Assembly (NCBI GenBank): GCA_963825525.1
Contig: CAWGTN010000002.1
Location: forward strand, 448,001-512,000
Source of the DNA: an uncultured Chloroflexia bacterium
Lineage (GTDB): Bacteria; Chloroflexota; Limnocylindria; QHBO01
Reading direction: 5' to 3'
Length of the DNA: 64,000 nt
Each line of letters starts with the position of its first letter. Positions within the stretch are counted from its first letter, which is position 1. This document shows, one piece after another, positions 61,303 through 64,000 of this stretch. The translations under genes were made by a program, and so were the position numbers. The notes under the pieces were generated by a model, which was not told the origin of the DNA, did not search any database, and saw only the letters and a list, made by a program, of their open reading frames with translations.

Positions 61303-63582
61303 ATGCTGACCGCCCCACCGGGAACCGCCGATGACGCGATCGGTGCGCTGCTCGGCGATCCGGCCATCGGCCGATTGATCGTCGCCCATCGAATCATCGA
61401 GCCGCGACCTCCGCGCCACGCGCCATGGCCGGAGTCGATCGATCCCCGTGTCGTCGCCGCGCTGCGTGCGCGCGGCATCGAGGCTCCCTACACCCACCAG
61501 GCGGCGACGTTCGAGGCCGTGACGGCCGGGCGCAACGCGGTCGTCGTGACTCCCACCGCCTCGGGCAAGACGCTGTGCTACAACCTGCCGGTCCTCGATG
61601 GGATCGCGCGGGACGAGGCGGCGCGCGCGCTCTACCTGTTCCCCACCAAGGCACTCGCGGCCGACCAGCTCGTCGAGCTGCGCGCCCTGGCCGACGCCGC
61701 ACGCATCGGCTTGAAGACGCACACCTACGACGGCGACACGCCCGCGAACATCCGGTCGGTGGTTCGGGCTGCCGGCCAGGTGGTCATCACCAACCCCGAC
61801 ATGCTCCACGCGGCCATCCTTCCGCACCACACCAAGTGGTTCAAGCTGTTCGAGAACCTGCGCTACGTCGTGATCGACGAGCTGCACACCTACCGCGGGC
61901 TGTTCGGAAGCCACGTCGCCAACGTGATCCGTCGGTTGCGGCGCATCTGCAACCACTACGGCTCGGACCCGATCTTCATCTGCGCCAGCGCCACCATCGC
62001 CAACCCCAGGGAGCTCGCGGAGAGGGTGCTCGAGGCACCGGTCGACCTGATCGACGACAACGGGGCGCCATCGGGGCGCAAGCACATCGTCATCGTCAAC
62101 CCACCGGTGGCGAACGAGGAGCTCGGCATCCGCAGCTCGTCACTCCTGACCGGGCAGCACCTCGCGGAGCGCCTGATCGGCAGCGGCGTGCAGACGATCG
62201 CCTTCTCCCGCTCGCGGACCTCGGTGGAGGTCCTGACCAGCTACCTGCGCGAGACCTTCGCTCCCCCGCCCGGCCATCCGCACGCGATTCGCGGCTATCG
62301 AGGCGGGTACCTTCCGAACGAGCGCCACGAGATCGAGGCCGGCCTGCGCGACGGCCGGGTCCGCGGCGTCGTCGCGACCAATGCGCTCGAGCTCGGGATC
62401 GACATCGGATCGCTGGACGCGGCAATCAGCATCGGCTACCCGGGGACCATCGCCAGCACCTGGCAGCAGATGGGTCGATCGGGACGACGGTCCGGCACCA
62501 GCATCGGGATCCTCGTCTGTTCTTCGGCTCCCATCGACCAGTTCCTGGCGTCCCATCCCGAATACCTGTTCGACGCGTCACCGGAGCACGGCCTCGTCAA
62601 CCCGGACAATCTCCACGTCCTGCTCAACCACCTGCGGGCGTCCACCTTCGAGCTGCCGGTTCCGGCCGGAGAGCGGTTCGGCATCGCCGAGACGGCGACC
62701 CTCCTCGAGGTGCTCCAGGAGGACGGCTGGATTCGCCGCGCGGACGATCGGTACTACTGGAGCCACGAGAACTTCCCCGCTTCCGATTTCAGCCTGCGCA
62801 GCGGCGCTCCGGAGAACGTCGTGATCATCGACACCACCGGCGACCGCAACCGGGTGCTCGGCGAGGTGGACCTGTTCGCGGCACCGCTCCTCGTCCACGA
62901 GAAGGCGATCTACATCCACCAGGGAGTGCAGCACCACGTCGACCGCCTCGACTGGGAGGAGCGCAAGGCGTACGTCACCCGGACCGATGTCGACTACTAC
63001 ACCGACGCGGACCTGGGGATCACCCTCAAGGTGCTCGAGGTGCTGGACGAGGCGGATCCGCCCCCCGCCGGCCTCCGGCAGCACGGCGACGTGATGGTGG
63101 CCTGGAAGGTGACGATGTTCAAGAAGCTCAAGTACCACACCCACGAGAACGTCGGCTGGGGCTCGATCAGCATCCCCGAGCAGGAGATGCACACCACGGC
63201 GACCTGGCTGGTGCCGCCCGCCGAGCTTGTGAATCGCTATGACCGCGATACGCTCGATGGCGCCCTCATCGGCCTTGCGCGGGTTGCGCGCACCACGGGT
63301 GCACTCCTCCTCATGTGCGACCCGCGTGACCTGGGCGTGCTGGCACAGGTCCAGGCGCCGTTCACCGGGCGGCCCACGCTCTTCCTCTACGACGCGACGC
63401 CCGGTGGCGTCGGCCTCACCGAGCGCCTCTTCACCCTGGTCGACGACCTCGTGCGGACGTCCCGCGAGGCCGTCGAGTCGTGTCGCTGCGCCGACGGATG
63501 TCCGGCCTGCGTCGGCCCGGCCATCGAGGTCGGGACGCGAGGCAAGGCAACGGTCGTGGAGCTGCTGGCGGGCATGTCGTGA
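61303..63582 (+). CDS. mrfA: DEAH-box helicase with DUF1998 (MrfA/YprA/SftH family)
   Basis: PTASGKT, DELH, SATIANP, TNALELGIDIG, QMGRSGRR; CDPRD...CRCADGCPAC metal site; GGAGG RBS. Confidence 0.92.
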   Translation: MLTAPPGTADDAIGALLGDPAIGRLIVAHRIIEPRPPRHAPWPESIDPRVVAALRARGIEAPYTHQAATFEAVTAGRNAVVVTPTASGKTLCYNLPVLDGIARDEAARALYLFPTKALAADQLVELRALADAARIGLKTHTYDGDTPANIRSVVRAAGQVVITNPDMLHAAILPHHTKWFKLFENLRYVVIDELHTYRGLFGSHVANVIRRLRRICNHYGSDPIFICASATIANPRELAERVLEAPVDLIDDNGAPSGRKHIVIVNPPVANEELGIRSSSLLTGQHLAERLIGSGVQTIAFSRSRTSVEVLTSYLRETFAPPPGHPHAIRGYRGGYLPNERHEIEAGLRDGRVRGVVATNALELGIDIGSLDAAISIGYPGTIASTWQQMGRSGRRSGTSIGILVCSSAPIDQFLASHPEYLFDASPEHGLVNPDNLHVLLNHLRASTFELPVPAGERFGIAETATLLEVLQEDGWIRRADDRYYWSHENFPASDFSLRSGAPENVVIIDTTGDRNRVLGEVDLFAAPLLVHEKAIYIHQGVQHHVDRLDWEERKAYVTRTDVDYYTDADLGITLKVLEVLDEADPPPAGLRQHGDVMVAWKVTMFKKLKYHTHENVGWGSISIPEQEMHTTATWLVPPAELVNRYDRDTLDGALIGLARVARTTGALLLMCDPRDLGVLAQVQAPFTGRPTLFLYDATPGGVGLTERLFTLVDDLVRTSREAVESCRCADGCPACVGPAIEVGTRGKATVVELLAGMS

Positions 63583-63586
63583 GCTC

Positions 63587-64000
63587 ATGCTGACCTCCCG
63601 CTCGCTCGCCGATCGGCTCGAGGCCGCCCGCTCGGCGGCACCCGCGCGAAAACAGGCAGGCGGCTTCGCCGCGGACCGGGTCGATCGGCTCGCCCGCTGG
63701 TTCGACGCCCGGACCGATGTCACGGCCGGCGGTACCGTGCTGGTGGTTGAACGCAGCGTGGTGGCGCCACCCGGCACCGCCTCCGCCCTGGCCGGCCTTC
63801 CACCCGCCGCCTACTTCGATACCGAGACAACGGGCCTCTCCACCGGCGCCGGGACCGTCATCTTCCTGGCGGGCGTGGCTCGCATCGCCGGCGATCGCAT
63901 TCACGCCCGGCAGTACCTCCTCCCGGACTATCCGTACGAGCTGCCGCTCCTGCGTGCCGTCGCCGGCGACCTTGCCTCGTCTCCACGGCTTGTGACGTAC
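63587..64000 (+). CDS. mrfB: RNase H-like (YprB/MrfB) exonuclease, partial (runs off window end)
   Basis: Manual translation from ATG 63587: ...AYFDTETTGLSTGAGTVIFLAGV...RQYLLPDYPYELPLL...LVTY. Confidence 0.85.
   Translation, partial: MLTSRSLADRLEAARSAAPARKQAGGFAADRVDRLARWFDARTDVTAGGTVLVVERSVVAPPGTASALAGLPPAAYFDTETTGLSTGAGTVIFLAGVARIAGDRIHARQYLLPDYPYELPLLRAVAGDLASSPRLVTY

Noticed and set aside
61303-63582. DISARM/Druantia-type defence helicase
   Set aside because: Single DEAH+DUF1998 protein followed by a YprB-like nuclease with SOS boxes fits MrfAB repair; no methylase or other defence genes adjacent in the window

Overview
A 64 kb, very GC-rich bacterial chromosomal segment. Gene content and order (alaS-ftsA-like-baseplateJ-like-ruvX-mltG, murJ-fem-murE-fem, GAAC-N4-GTTC LexA box, many leaderless-type promoters) suggest a monoderm Chloroflexota-like organism; this is inference. 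Most genes are housekeeping and on the minus strand: xseAB, efp, mltG, ruvX, alaS, mnmA/iscS, aspS, hisS, relA, murE/murJ/Fem ligases, xerC, topA, dprA, comM, nfeD/SPFH, ftsH, tilS and a tRNA-CAU. The plus strand carries an orphan ectC, a lower-GC TadE-TadE-TadG cassette, pckA, a GH4/amino-sugar cluster and a LexA-boxed mrfAB-like pair. About 11 genes carry frameshifts, densest at 36.8-42.2 kb, probably assembly indels. No transposase, prophage or CRISPR array was seen. The best candidates for undescribed biology are: (1) an FtsZ-less FtsA-like ATPase translationally coupled to a membrane-anchored baseplate-J-like protein inside the ruvX-mltG operon; (2) a stand-alone divergent DnaB-C-like ATPase paired with a J-domain fusion protein next to a palindromic repeat cluster; (3) a phased 13-bp repeat array upstream of ftsH. 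Family assignments come from motif recognition by eye; no database searches were run.
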